A stretch of DNA of 64,000 bases from a virus (Duplodnaviria > Caudoviricetes). The DNA lies in the IMG/VR virus record IMGVR_UViG_3300036833_000307, positions 1 to 64,000 of that record; one strand, written 5' to 3'. The position numbers and the translations under genes were made by a program. The notes beneath the pieces were generated by a model. That model worked only from the letters and a program-made list of their open reading frames with translations, searched no databases and had not been told where the DNA came from. Positions 27,302-37,004 of this stretch are shown in pieces (position 1 is the first letter of the stretch; each line of letters opens with the position of its first letter).

Positions 27302-28543
27302 GGCAGGCTCGGCAAGGCGCGTCTCGACGTGGCAGCGCATGGCATGTCTCGGCCGGACAGGGCAGGCACGGCAGGTCCTGGCGCGACGCGGTCGGGCAGG
27401 ACATGGCATGGCCGGGCAGGCCAGGCGGGGCGGGGCTCGACGCGGCTAGGCACCGCAACGCTCGGCAAGGCGGGTCCCGGCAGGCATGGCGTGGCGTGTC
27501 CAGGCCCGCCCGGGCATGTCCCGGCAGGCCGGGCACGGCGAGGCCTGTCACGACGAGCCACGGCTCGGCATGGCAGGCGCGGATGGCGCGGATGGCAAGC
27601 CAAGACGGGGCCGGGCAGGCGTGGCACGGCACGGTCAGTCCGGGCTACGCGCGTCCAGGCTTGGCAGGCGTGGCATGACTGGGCTTGGCGTGGCAGGGCG
27701 GAGCCCGCCCCGGCAGGCATGGCATGACTGGGCTTGGCGCGTCTCGTCTGGGCTTGGCGCGGCAGGCATGGCTCGGCCCGTCTTGGCCCGGCACGGCGGG
27801 GCAGCGCAGGCGTGGCAGGTCCCGACGAGGCATGGCCGGGCCTGCCGCGGCTCGGCGGGGCATGGCGGGGCAGGCGCGTCATGGCATGGCCCGTCCCGGC
27901 CTGCCGAGGCGTGGCCCGCCACGGCATGGCAGGCGTGGCAAGCCTCGGCGAGGCAAGGCGTGGCAAGGCCCGGCAGGGCAGGCGCGGCAAGGCGGGGCGG
28001 GGCCGGTCCTGGCTCGACATGCCCCGGCTCGGCAGGCACTGGCTCGGCAATGGCTCACCGGCCGAGCATGGCAGGCGTGGCTTGGCCTGGCGGGGCGTGG
28101 CCTGTCACGGCCCGGCCCGTCTCGGCAGGCTTGGCGCGACAGGCCCAGGCATGGCTCAGCTCGGCTCGGCGGGGCAGGCGTAGCAAGTCTCGGCTGGGCA
28201 AGACGTGGCAAGGCGAGACGAGCCTGGGCAGGCACGGCACGGCGAGCCTTGGCTTGGCTAGGCGTGGCCCGCCAGGGCATGGCAGGCATGGCGAGGCTAG
28301 CCTCGGCAAGGCGCGGCCCGGCGCGGCGTGGCAGGCCAGACGCGGCAAGGCGGGGCTCGGAGCGGCGCGGCGTGGCCAAGCGCGGCAGGCGCGGCAGGCT
28401 CGGCAACGGTTCACCGGCCGAGCCCACCCCGCGGCAGGCATGGCACGGCCTGGCCCGGCCCGACGAGGCACGGCGTGGCGAGACTAGGCAGGCGCGGCCA
28501 GGCATGGCTTGGCAAGGCTGGGCGCGGCAGGCAAGGAGTGGCA
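27302..28543 (+). repeat. Non-coding array of GGC-NN pentamers in about 23-25 units delimited by GGCA (putative guide-RNA array)
   Basis: Strict 5-nt period (GGC, sometimes GTC/GAC/GCC/AGC/CGC, plus 2 variable nt), mostly 7-12 pentamers per unit, phase reset by GGCA; all overlapping ORFs are low-complexity artefacts. Confidence 0.9.
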
Positions 28544-28551
28544 GACCCGCA

Positions 28552-29649
28552 ATGGAAACCATCCGCCTCGAGGACGACGAGATGCCACCCTCTCGGTACA
28601 CTCGATCACCCCCGCGGGTCTGCTCTCGCCATGGCACAACGTTCTTTTCGTTGTTCAATTGTCCAGCTTGCCGTCCGGAACACCTAGTCGCCCTGTCACC
28701 ATACGGATCCATGAATGCCAGTCAGCCTCGCCCAGCAGATCCGCTGCGTTGAACGCGAGCTCCGGCTGCGCCGCCACGTCTACCCACGCTGGATCGAGGA
28801 AAAGCGCCTCAGCCAAGCGGACGCGGACGCGGAAATTCTGGCAATGGAGGCCGTCTTGAGCACACTTGGCCGGCTATGGACCGAGCAGCATCCGGTCCAG
28901 GCCTCTCTGCCGTTGGAGAAGACCGACGAGGAGGGATGATATGCAGAACCGCCACCCCGACGATCCAGAAAAGCAAGACGATCCAGAAAAGCTGCCCAGC
29001 GATGGCTGGGAAGATGTCGCCTCCCGCAACATCGGCGATTACCTGGAGCGCATAGCGGTCCCTGGTGGGTGGCTGTATCGCCAGTATTTCGCCAAGGAAA
29101 CCACCCCGACATGCGTGGCCCTGGTATTCGTGCCGCAGCCGCCGTGATCGCGATCGACGGCCAAAACGTGAACCAAACACCAACCCCTTGCGGCGAATCG
29201 GAGCAAACCTGCACAGCGCGCTAGCCACCATTTACTTTGCGAGCTCGCCAGCCATGCCAGTGTTCCGCTCTCCGAGCGGTCGGATCAAACGCTTCATCTG
29301 CTCACGCGATATGTTCCTGCGCTGGGCCTGCTTGCCTTATGGCACGTGGTTAACCGGCGAAGGACGACAGATCCTGTTCAACCGGTTCTACGAGCCGATC
29401 TGGCAACGGCTGGCGGACGGCAGCACCGAACCGGCGGACCCGACGGAATGGGTCCAGAGCATTACCGACCGGCGCTGGTTTTACCATGACGGACACAACG
29501 AGCGTGAAAAACGCGTGATGGCACGCGCTGCGCTGCGGGCCTGGAGCTTGCCCGAGCCGAGCTGTGCGGACATCGCGGCGCTACAGCAACCGATCCGGCG
29601 AAGGTTGCATGAGCTAAGCCGCCGGCGGCTTCTCAGCGCGGTATCGTAG
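28552..29649 (+). CDS. Four small hypothetical genes (28552-28752, 28715-28939, 28941-29147, ~29144-29649)
   Basis: 28715-28939 (QQIRCVERELRLRRHVYPRWI) looks like a common phage family; the others have RBS or coupling. Confidence 0.55.
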
Positions 29650-30730
29650 GTTCAATCACCTCCGCCTCCGGCCCCAGGAGGTCGTCGATCGGATCGGGCA
29701 CCGGCGGCAACGGAATCGCCCGATGATCACGCTGGTGGCGCTCCAGCAACTCCATGCCCCGGCGAACCGCCCGCAAGTCCTCGGTCGAGAGACCATCCAC
29801 ATCGATCAATTGCGGACCATCGGCGTTCTCATCACCAGGGTCCCCGGGTTGCAGCCCGGACGGCACATTGCCAACGATGACCTTATTCAGCCCGGCCACC
29901 GACCGCTTCAGCTCGATCGAGCGGAACAACGCGTCCGACAACGTCCGCAAGCCGGCAGTGAAACTGTCCTTCTCGGTAGGAGCAATCATCCGAAGCGCAG
30001 TCCGCTGCGCCTTCGCCAGCGCCGCGTCAGCTTTTCGCTTGGTCATATTTGCCGTATCGACGTACTGGTGCGGCGCCAGATAGACCTCGAGCCAGTACCA
30101 GTATTTGCCGAGCAGGGTATCAAACCGCTCGAGCTGACGGATCTGCTCGACCGACATCGCCGCCCGGATCGCCGCCAGTGTAATACGCAACTGGGTCTTC
30201 TGCGGATCCTCACCAGGTCCGAGCACCTGGACCGCGGCGACTGATGGTTGCGGCGGCGGCGGCGCTTCGTCCCACTTTTCCTGCTTGCGCGCGTAATACA
30301 AAGCTTTCGTGTCGACATGGAGCACCCGCGCCAACTCCATCATGTTGGTCTTACCCGGCTGGTAGAGCTTGCGGGCGGCGGCAATTGCCTTGGCGGTATG
30401 GCTCTCTGCCGCCCGCCGCGGGCGCCCCCTAGTAGGCCGCCCTTTGTCACGTTTATCCGTTGTCGACGGCGCCGGCCGATGCGGTGGCACCTTGTCGGGT
30501 GCTGGATGCGGCAGTTCCTGGGTCATGATCGCAGCCTCCACCTCCTCAGCAATATTGCGAACGCCCTGATTGAACCGCATCCATCCCTCACGCTCGGCCA
30601 GCGAGTGCAGCGTGCCGTGATTAGTGCCAAACCGCTTGGCGAGCGTCGCGAAGCTGATGTTCTCGGTTTCGTACAGTACCCGGCATCGATCGCGGACCTG
30701 AAGTGGTAGAGCGTAGAATTCCAGCGGCAT
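29633..30730 (-). CDS. HTH protein, terminase small subunit candidate
   Basis: Two HTH-like repeats ending EREGW / KQEKW and C-terminal IDVDGLSTEDL; same strand as and upstream of TerL. Confidence 0.55.
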   Translation of the reverse strand: MPLEFYALPLQVRDRCRVLYETENISFATLAKRFGTNHGTLHSLAEREGWMRFNQGVRNIAEEVEAAIMTQELPHPAPDKVPPHRPAPSTTDKRDKGRPTRGRPRRAAESHTAKAIAAARKLYQPGKTNMMELARVLHVDTKALYYARKQEKWDEAPPPPQPSVAAVQVLGPGEDPQKTQLRITLAAIRAAMSVEQIRQLERFDTLLGKYWYWLEVYLAPHQYVDTANMTKRKADAALAKAQRTALRMIAPTEKDSFTAGLRTLSDALFRSIELKRSVAGLNKVIVGNVPSGLQPGDPGDENADGPQLIDVDGLSTEDLRAVRRGMELLERHQRDHRAIPLPPVPDPIDDLLGPEAEVIEPTIPR

Positions 30731-30834
30731 TGATACGCGTCCGTAAAACCACCATATAACGATGTGCCGAATATTCGGCACGCTGCGCCTGGACCGTTCG
30801 CGGCCAGGCGCTTGGCACGAGGAAAATCCCCTAC

Positions 30835-31143
30835 ATGGCAAAAAAACACAAGGACAAGTCGGCCAAGGCCGGGCTCCGCCCGGCGCCGGCCGGCGAGGAT
30901 CGCAAGCGCTTCACCGTCTATGTCGACTGCGAACACGAGGACTTCCAAGGCACGAAATTCGCCATCACCACGGGACGGCTGCTGATGCGTGTTATCGGCA
31001 AGATCGCCGAAGGCAAGCTCAGCGGCCCGATCAGCATGGGCGAGACGACGATCGGCCAGTGGAAAACCCACTGGCGCAACGATGATCCGGCCGACCGGAG
31101 ACCGAAGCGCTCGAGGTCCAAGCCCACAGCGACCACCACATGA
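30835..31143 (+). CDS. Hypothetical protein
   Basis: GAGGA RBS; follows a promoter at 30729-30757. Confidence 0.55.
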   Translation: MAKKHKDKSAKAGLRPAPAGEDRKRFTVYVDCEHEDFQGTKFAITTGRLLMRVIGKIAEGKLSGPISMGETTIGQWKTHWRNDDPADRRPKRSRSKPTATTT

Positions 31144-31176
31144 TCACACGGGGCGCTCTGCAACGGGGCGCCCTTC

Positions 31177-31205
31177 CTTGAATTTACGCAACGAAATCCC
31201 CATAT
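31177..31205 (+). promoter_or_regulatory. Promoter CTTGAA-N15-CCCCATAT (sigma32-like)
   Basis: Matches RpoH consensus; related motifs at 30729, 32406, 36972 and 45493. Confidence 0.65.
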
Positions 31206-31325
31206 AAGGGGAAGCCTCCTGTGTGCGGATAGCCCGTCGACTGAGACGCAGTCGTTAAAACCCAAGGGCGAGTTCAGCCGGCCACTCTCAAGGCCGGCGA
31301 AATCCTCACAACACAGGAGGGCAAA

Positions 31326-34300
31326 ATGCCTAGATCCCACCAATACCAACCGACCGACCCCGCAGACACCGTGACGGTTCTCGTCACTTGTCCCCACTCT
31401 GATGTCACCCTCGAGATGGTTATCAAAGGTCGGCTCGCCGTCCAGCCAGCCGCCGGAAGGACCAGCCGGGGCGGACCACTACACGCCGGCGGGGAACGGA
31501 TCGGTCAGTATTTCATCATTGAAGGCCCGCGCGTTTAGCGCGGGCTACCTTTCGTGCCGCACTCCGCAGCACGGCAGAGAGCGTCCCTGACTGGACGTAG
31601 AAAGATATAACCATGTCAGACCAATGGGATAGATTTGCTGGTCTCTTCCTGGCGCGTTTCCTGACAAGCCTGATACCGGCTTGTGTGATCGTACCCGTTA
31701 TCATCCCTATACTCCTTGCCGCCCTCGCTCTCGCAGCGATCTGGGTCGGAGGGGTTTATTACGGCGCACGCAACAAACCGGGCGCGGCCAAGCAAATACC
31801 ATCCAGCTAATCAAACGGCCTCAGTCCAAAACCTGAGGCTGCCTTTCGTGCAACAGCGTGTTGCACGGCAGAGAGCGCCCCTGACTGGGCGCGAAAGGAA
31901 GGCAAAACTCAATGAGTTTTACCATGCATGACGTTCCGCGACCGGTCTCCAGCGGCCTCTACAGCGCCGCCAGATCGATGATCAGCCCAGCGACACTTGG
32001 CGTCATGGCCAAGGGCTTCGCCGTCGCTGGCGCTGCCATCGCGATCACCGCCGGCTACCAGTTGGTGCAGGAGGAAGGTCGCAGCGTCATCAACAACATC
32101 CGCTCGACGCGGGCAGCGCGCAAGGCACGCAACGACACCGTGCTCTGCGCCCTGCTGGCCGAGGACGATTTTCCGCTCGACATCATCCAGTTTCTGGAGA
32201 CCAGGCGCGATGCATTTCGCGCCGCCATCCAGCTCTCATTGGACGAGAACGTGCCGAGCGAACAGCGTAGCAGGCTACGCGAGGCGTTGCGCAACCTGTA
32301 CCGCGCTTCGAACGGGTCCTGAAAGCCGGTTCCGGCCCTGTGGCATTTAGCAGGGCCGGTTGGGGCTAAAACACTGAAAAGCCAACGGTTTTTATTGCAA
32401 AAACCCTTGAAATATCGTTACGGAATCCCATATCCATGATATCTCATCACGGCAATATGCCAACGATGAGGGAGACAGTCGGCACTCCATCAACGCCGAC
32501 GAAATCAAGGAAAACCCCTAATGCTCTCACCCGAGAACGTTATGCCTGTCGTCTCCAACTTTGCCGAGACCCTCCGCGGCGCTGCCGCATGGGGGTTCGA
32601 ACAGGGTATCCGCGACATCGGCCGCGTCGCAACTATTGCGAGCGCCGTTGTCGTCGCCAGCGCTGCCTGTTACAGCATCGCCGGCACTGCCAAGTTCGTC
32701 GCGGCAAGGACCGAGACAACAACCAACTTCTTCCGCCGCACCTGGCGGGAGGCTGGCGAACGAAACGAAGTCAAGCACGAGTTTCAGGAGTTCCTGAAGA
32801 AGCGGAACGCTTCAAAGCAAAACTCCGACGCTCAGGCCGAACCGGTCGTCGCGTAGCAAAACGCCCCAGCCCTGATCAAACGGGGGTTGGGGCGTTTGCC
32901 ATTTTCTAGCGAACAAGAGAGATCACATGATCTTCTTCGCAACCGCGCTAGCCTTCCCATGGTGGGCCTGGATGCTCATCATCGGCTGTCTCATCGCAGA
33001 CCGCCTCATCGCTTAACCAAGCCACGCGCCGAAGTATCCGGCGCACATGTCCGAGCAGAAACGGCGCGTGGCTGCCCTATCGCCACACTCGTGGCGACTG
33101 ACGAGCCGGCAGCAACTTACCGGCGAAAGGGCATCATATGCTCTCAGTACCCTCGACTAAGAAGCGTCGTCGCAGCTGGGATCGTCGCGCAGCCTACATC
33201 AGGAAATACGGCCCGCTTGCTGGGCCGGTTATCCTGCGGCTGCTCGCGCTCCACGCCCGCGACCATCGCTGATTATCCCCTGGCCCCCTCGGGGGCCAGG
33301 ACCTCTCCCGCAGCATCCTGCGGGGCAGAGAGCGTCCCTGTTAGGACGTAGAAAGCACCCTCGATATGCGTACGCTCAAACGTACACTCAAACGTATTAT
33401 CATCGGCTTCCTATTGACCTTAGTGGTCTTGATCGGTGGTTTTGTAGGGCTCTTAGAATACTCCTACGAAAACACTCCGGTCATTGTTCAGCGAGCAGAC
33501 GAACCACGCGCCCGCACATGGGAACAACAACAAGCCGACCGAGAAGCTAAATGGGAGCAAAAACGCATCGACGATGCGTTATTTAACAGACAATCCAGCT
33601 CCACGACCTTCTGCAACACCGCAGGCTGCGTTACAAATTCCTTTGTACCAGGCCAAGGCTATACTAGTTGCACTACAACGAAGATCGAAGGAATTACTCA
33701 AACCGTCTGCGGGCCATCCCCGCTAAGATGACGAAAGGCCCCTGTTCTCCAGGGGCTTTTCTTTCCCGCCGCACATCGCGCGGGGCAGAGAGCTCGCCTG
33801 TAAGCCGAGCGCAAGGACACACATCCAATGACCGACACCAAGTTCGGTGGCGTCGAATACCGCGTCTCGATTGCCCTGCAAAGGCAGGGTGACGGCTACA
33901 CCGCCAAGGTAGCGATGATCGATCCCGGGTTCCCCGGACATAGAAACGACCATCTGCTGCCTGATCTGTACGGCACCCCACTGGAAGCCATCACGGCTGC
34001 CGGTGTCGAGGCCCGTTCGATGCTTAGCCGCCTGGTCGAGGACTTCGACCGTAAGGCGACACGGCAACACTGCGGTCACGATGACATTTACAACAACAAG
34101 CCCGCTTAGCGCGGGCGCCTTTCGGATCCATCGATCCGGCAGAGAACCCGGCTGTTCCGGGAGAAAGACCAAAACCAATGCGCTACGAGAAAGATAAACT
34201 GCGTGTATTCCAGCGCGAAGGTTATCTCGTCGTGCAAGCACCCAGCGGCAAAGAGGTTATGACGATCGACGTATGGGCGCTCGAGCGAGCCCCTCTGTTC

Positions 34301-34707
34301 TGCTTCAAACTGGTGGAAGCCGCCTTGAAGCAACACGCGGAAGAGCTAGTAAAGAGCCCGCCCATGCCACGCTTCGTCGAACCGGAGACGGAGGGGTAAT
34401 TCCCCTCTGCCTTTCGGATCACCTGATCCGGCAGAGAGCGACCCTGACTGGTCGCGAAAGAAACCACACAATGCCTAGCATCCTTAACACTCCGCCCGAA
34501 ACTCCGCTGGAGAAACTACGCCGGCTGCATCATCTGAAGGCCCGTTGCGTAGCCGGCGCTCGCAGCATCGACGATAACGTCGCAGGCCGTGCTGGCTGCA
34601 GCGTCGAAGAACTGACGAAATTGATGCACGACCAAGCCTTTCAGCAGCTTGTCGCCTACTACCGCAAGCAGTTCAAGCTCCAGCAAAACATACTCGACGG
34701 AGTGTGA
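31326..34707 (+). CDS. Cluster of small cassette-like genes (31326-31538, 31613-31810, 31912-32322, 32521-32856, 33366-33731, 33828-34109, 34178-34399, 34471-34707)
   Basis: Most are preceded by the repeated GGCAGAGAG leader and followed by a hairpin. Confidence 0.65.
31548..31604 (+). promoter_or_regulatory. Repeated structured leader (first of about 16 copies)
   Basis: CCTTTC-hairpin-GGCAGAGAG-hairpin with CTG loop-GAAAG, 4-15 nt upstream of ATG. Other copies near 31842, 33302, 33761, 34118, 34410, 35092, 35942, 36282, 46872, 47807, 48171, 48638, 48963, 49273, 54844. Confidence 0.85.
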
Positions 34708-34826
34708 CCACGAGCCAGGCTACCAGACACCAAGATTGACACCAAAAGCCCCTGTAACCCAGGGGCTTTTCGGCTTTTCTAGCCCAGAAAAATGCCCATA
34801 TATACAGCACATTGCGCTCGCAGACC

Positions 34827-35055
34827 TTGCGGCCGGTGAACCGTCGCCGCAAAGCCAGCCAAGCCTGCCGCGCCCAACCCGGCCCTGCCTGGCCGCGCCA
34901 TGTCCTGCCTGGCCTGCCGCCCCTGGCCCGGCCTAGCCCTGCCTGGCTGCGTCTCGCCATGCCGTGCCAAGTCCAGCCCTGCCTCGCCCGACCAAGCCAC
35001 GCCTGCCATGACCCGCCGTGCCTAGCCTGCCAGGGCCTGCCGCGCCTTGTCCCAG
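34827..35055 (-). ncRNA. Stand-alone GGC-NN mini-array (solo guide locus 2, about 3 units)
   Basis: Pentamer period on the minus strand; TTGACG(35081-86)-N18-TACGAT(35057-62) promoter; ends in a hairpin with the GACGGTTCACCG loop. Confidence 0.85.
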
Positions 35056-35155
35056 CATCGTATGCTCTATTTTACCGCGGCGTCAAATCAGCTCTCCCGC
35101 ACACCCTGCGGGGCAGAAAAGCGTCTCTGCGCTCAGACGCAGAAAGCATTCCATC

Positions 35156-35470
35156 ATGAACCAACGAACCATCAGCCTGCTGCTGGCACTCACCGCGGCA
35201 AGCTGCGCGTCTGACGCCTCGATCCAGCGGCTCGGCGCCCTACACAGCGCCTGCGCAACAGGCGATCAGCAAGCCTGCCAGCTAGTGCCGATCCAAGAGG
35301 AGACCAACCGGCAAGAGGCTAATGCCAACGCCGGCAAGGTCGCACTTGGTATTCTAACCGGTGCTCTGCTGATCGGCCTGTTTGCGTGGGCCGCTTCAAC
35401 CGAAAACGGCCACGAACATAGTTTCCATAACCATGGTGGCTTTGGCCACGGTGGCTTTGGTCATCGCTGA
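35156..35470 (+). CDS. Putative lipoprotein
   Basis: MNQRTISLLLALTAASC lipobox-like signal; second TM helix; His/Gly tail. Confidence 0.65.
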   Translation: MNQRTISLLLALTAASCASDASIQRLGALHSACATGDQQACQLVPIQEETNRQEANANAGKVALGILTGALLIGLFAWAASTENGHEHSFHNHGGFGHGGFGHR

Positions 35471-35504
35471 CCAGGCAGGGCCGCGCCGAACGCGGTCCCT
35501 GCTC

Positions 35505-35933
35505 TTACGCATGCCCACCCTCTGGATGGGTCACTGTCTTTGCCCTGACATCACCCCAGATTACCCGCAGTTGGCGCACCAGCTGCTCCAGCAAACCAGC
35601 ATCGCTGTAACGGTCGCTGCAATCACGACAGATCGGCACGAAGATGCCGGGTGCGGAGCGATCATCCGCCAGGATGATGAAGATCGTGTCCAGCGTGTCG
35701 AGGCTGATCCTGGTTTCGCAGCTCAAACACGTCGCGGTATCCGGCTCGGTCGCGACCTGGTGCACGAACAGCTGCACACCATAAGCGAGCCGCTCTGCTT
35801 CAGGATCGGACTGCGCGGCCTTAAGGACATTCAGCATTTCGCTCTGACGCACCAGATGCGCCGAGAAACACCCCCCGGATTTCGCATGAAACGTCTGCAG
35901 CCTATCGGCCCACTCCCCGGGTTCATTTGCCAT
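35505..35933 (-). CDS. Hypothetical zinc-binding protein
   Basis: CLSC...ICRDC; AAGGA RBS. Confidence 0.55.
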   Translation of the reverse strand: MANEPGEWADRLQTFHAKSGGCFSAHLVRQSEMLNVLKAAQSDPEAERLAYGVQLFVHQVATEPDTATCLSCETRISLDTLDTIFIILADDRSAPGIFVPICRDCSDRYSDAGLLEQLVRQLRVIWGDVRAKTVTHPEGGHA

Positions 35934-36004
35934 CGTCCATTCCTTTCGCATGCCATCGCATGCGGCAGAGAGCCTGGCTGTACCAGGTGAAAGACACAAC
36001 AACC

Positions 36005-36955
36005 ATGGAACTGATCAAGTTGTCATACGTGACTATGGGCGGCATGCCATCGCGGACCGGCAAGACCTGGATCTGGAGCGTCGAGGCTAACAAGGGCGGC
36101 CGATCCGTCGGCACCGTCTTGTGGTACGGCGGATGGAAAAAATACGTGTTCCGCCCCTCCGACATCAGCGCTCCGATATTCGAGGAGGTCTGCCTGCGCG
36201 AGATCGCGGACTTCATCGAAGCCCGCACCCGCGAATGGCGCGCCCAGCGCAAATGACCTGACCGGGCCTTCGGGCCTGGTCCCTTTCGCATGCCTCTGCA
36301 TGCGGCAGAGAGCCCATCTGTTCATGGGCTGAAAGGCACCATTCCAATGAATGACCTTGTTGCTGGCATTGTCGAAGGCTTAGAGCTCACCAAACCATTC
36401 TACGGTCAGCTGCCGGCGAAGACCCGGCCAATGACCAGCTTGTGGGCGGCACATGAAAAAGCTCTGCACGCCTTACGCATGCCACTGTATTATTCAAGGC
36501 TTGGCAAACCCAAGCCAAAACCCGCAGCGTACGACCAAGCCGTCCAAAGCGGCTTGGCAATCGCGGCGAGCTTTGCTCGCATAGCTGGCAGCCAACGCGT
36601 GATCATTCCGGTCCGCAACGGCATTGCCAGCAGCATCTCGATCCAGCCGCGCCCATGGCAACAAGCGAACTGGACCGCCGAACATGGCTTGTCATCCGGG
36701 CTCGTTGAGCCCTGCGATGATCCAATGACGGCAGACGATCCAAACCGGTTGCCACGCGTTTCAACATCGGATGTCATGCATCTGATGCGTAAGGTCGCGC
36801 TTGCGTTCGTCAGTGCACAGGACATCTGCTCCTTTCCCGGCACAGTAACCATCGAGTTCACCAACGATCGCGACCAGCCGAGCGCTCGGATGATCTTCAA
36901 GCCGTTCGACAGCGGCGATCACATGGTGCGGCGCGAGGCCCTACAGCCGTTGTAA
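36005..36955 (+). CDS. Two hypothetical genes (36005-36256, 36347-36955)
   Basis: Each preceded by the repeated leader. Confidence 0.65.
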
Positions 36956-37004
36956 TTTTGTTACAAACGCTCTTGATCACTACGGTTGGAATAACCATAT
37001 CTCA

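Noticed and set aside
28491-28525. Last array unit (AQLKIWA) resembling AQLKIE in 53647-54042, and solo guide 6 resembling LTLKS in 56549-56761
   Set aside because: Only 4-5 matching dinucleotides, expected by chance in 64 kb.
27302-28543. CRISPR array
   Set aside because: No 23-50 nt direct repeats with unique spacers, and no cas1/cas2.
27025-28752. Many long overlapping Arg/Gly/Ala/Trp-rich ORFs on both strands
   Set aside because: Artefacts of the stop-poor GGC-NN repeat; the 5-nt period is not codon-compatible.
31548-31604. Hammerhead ribozyme reading of the repeated leader
   Set aside because: Three-stem topology and GAAA are similar, but the CUGANGA core is absent on both strands.
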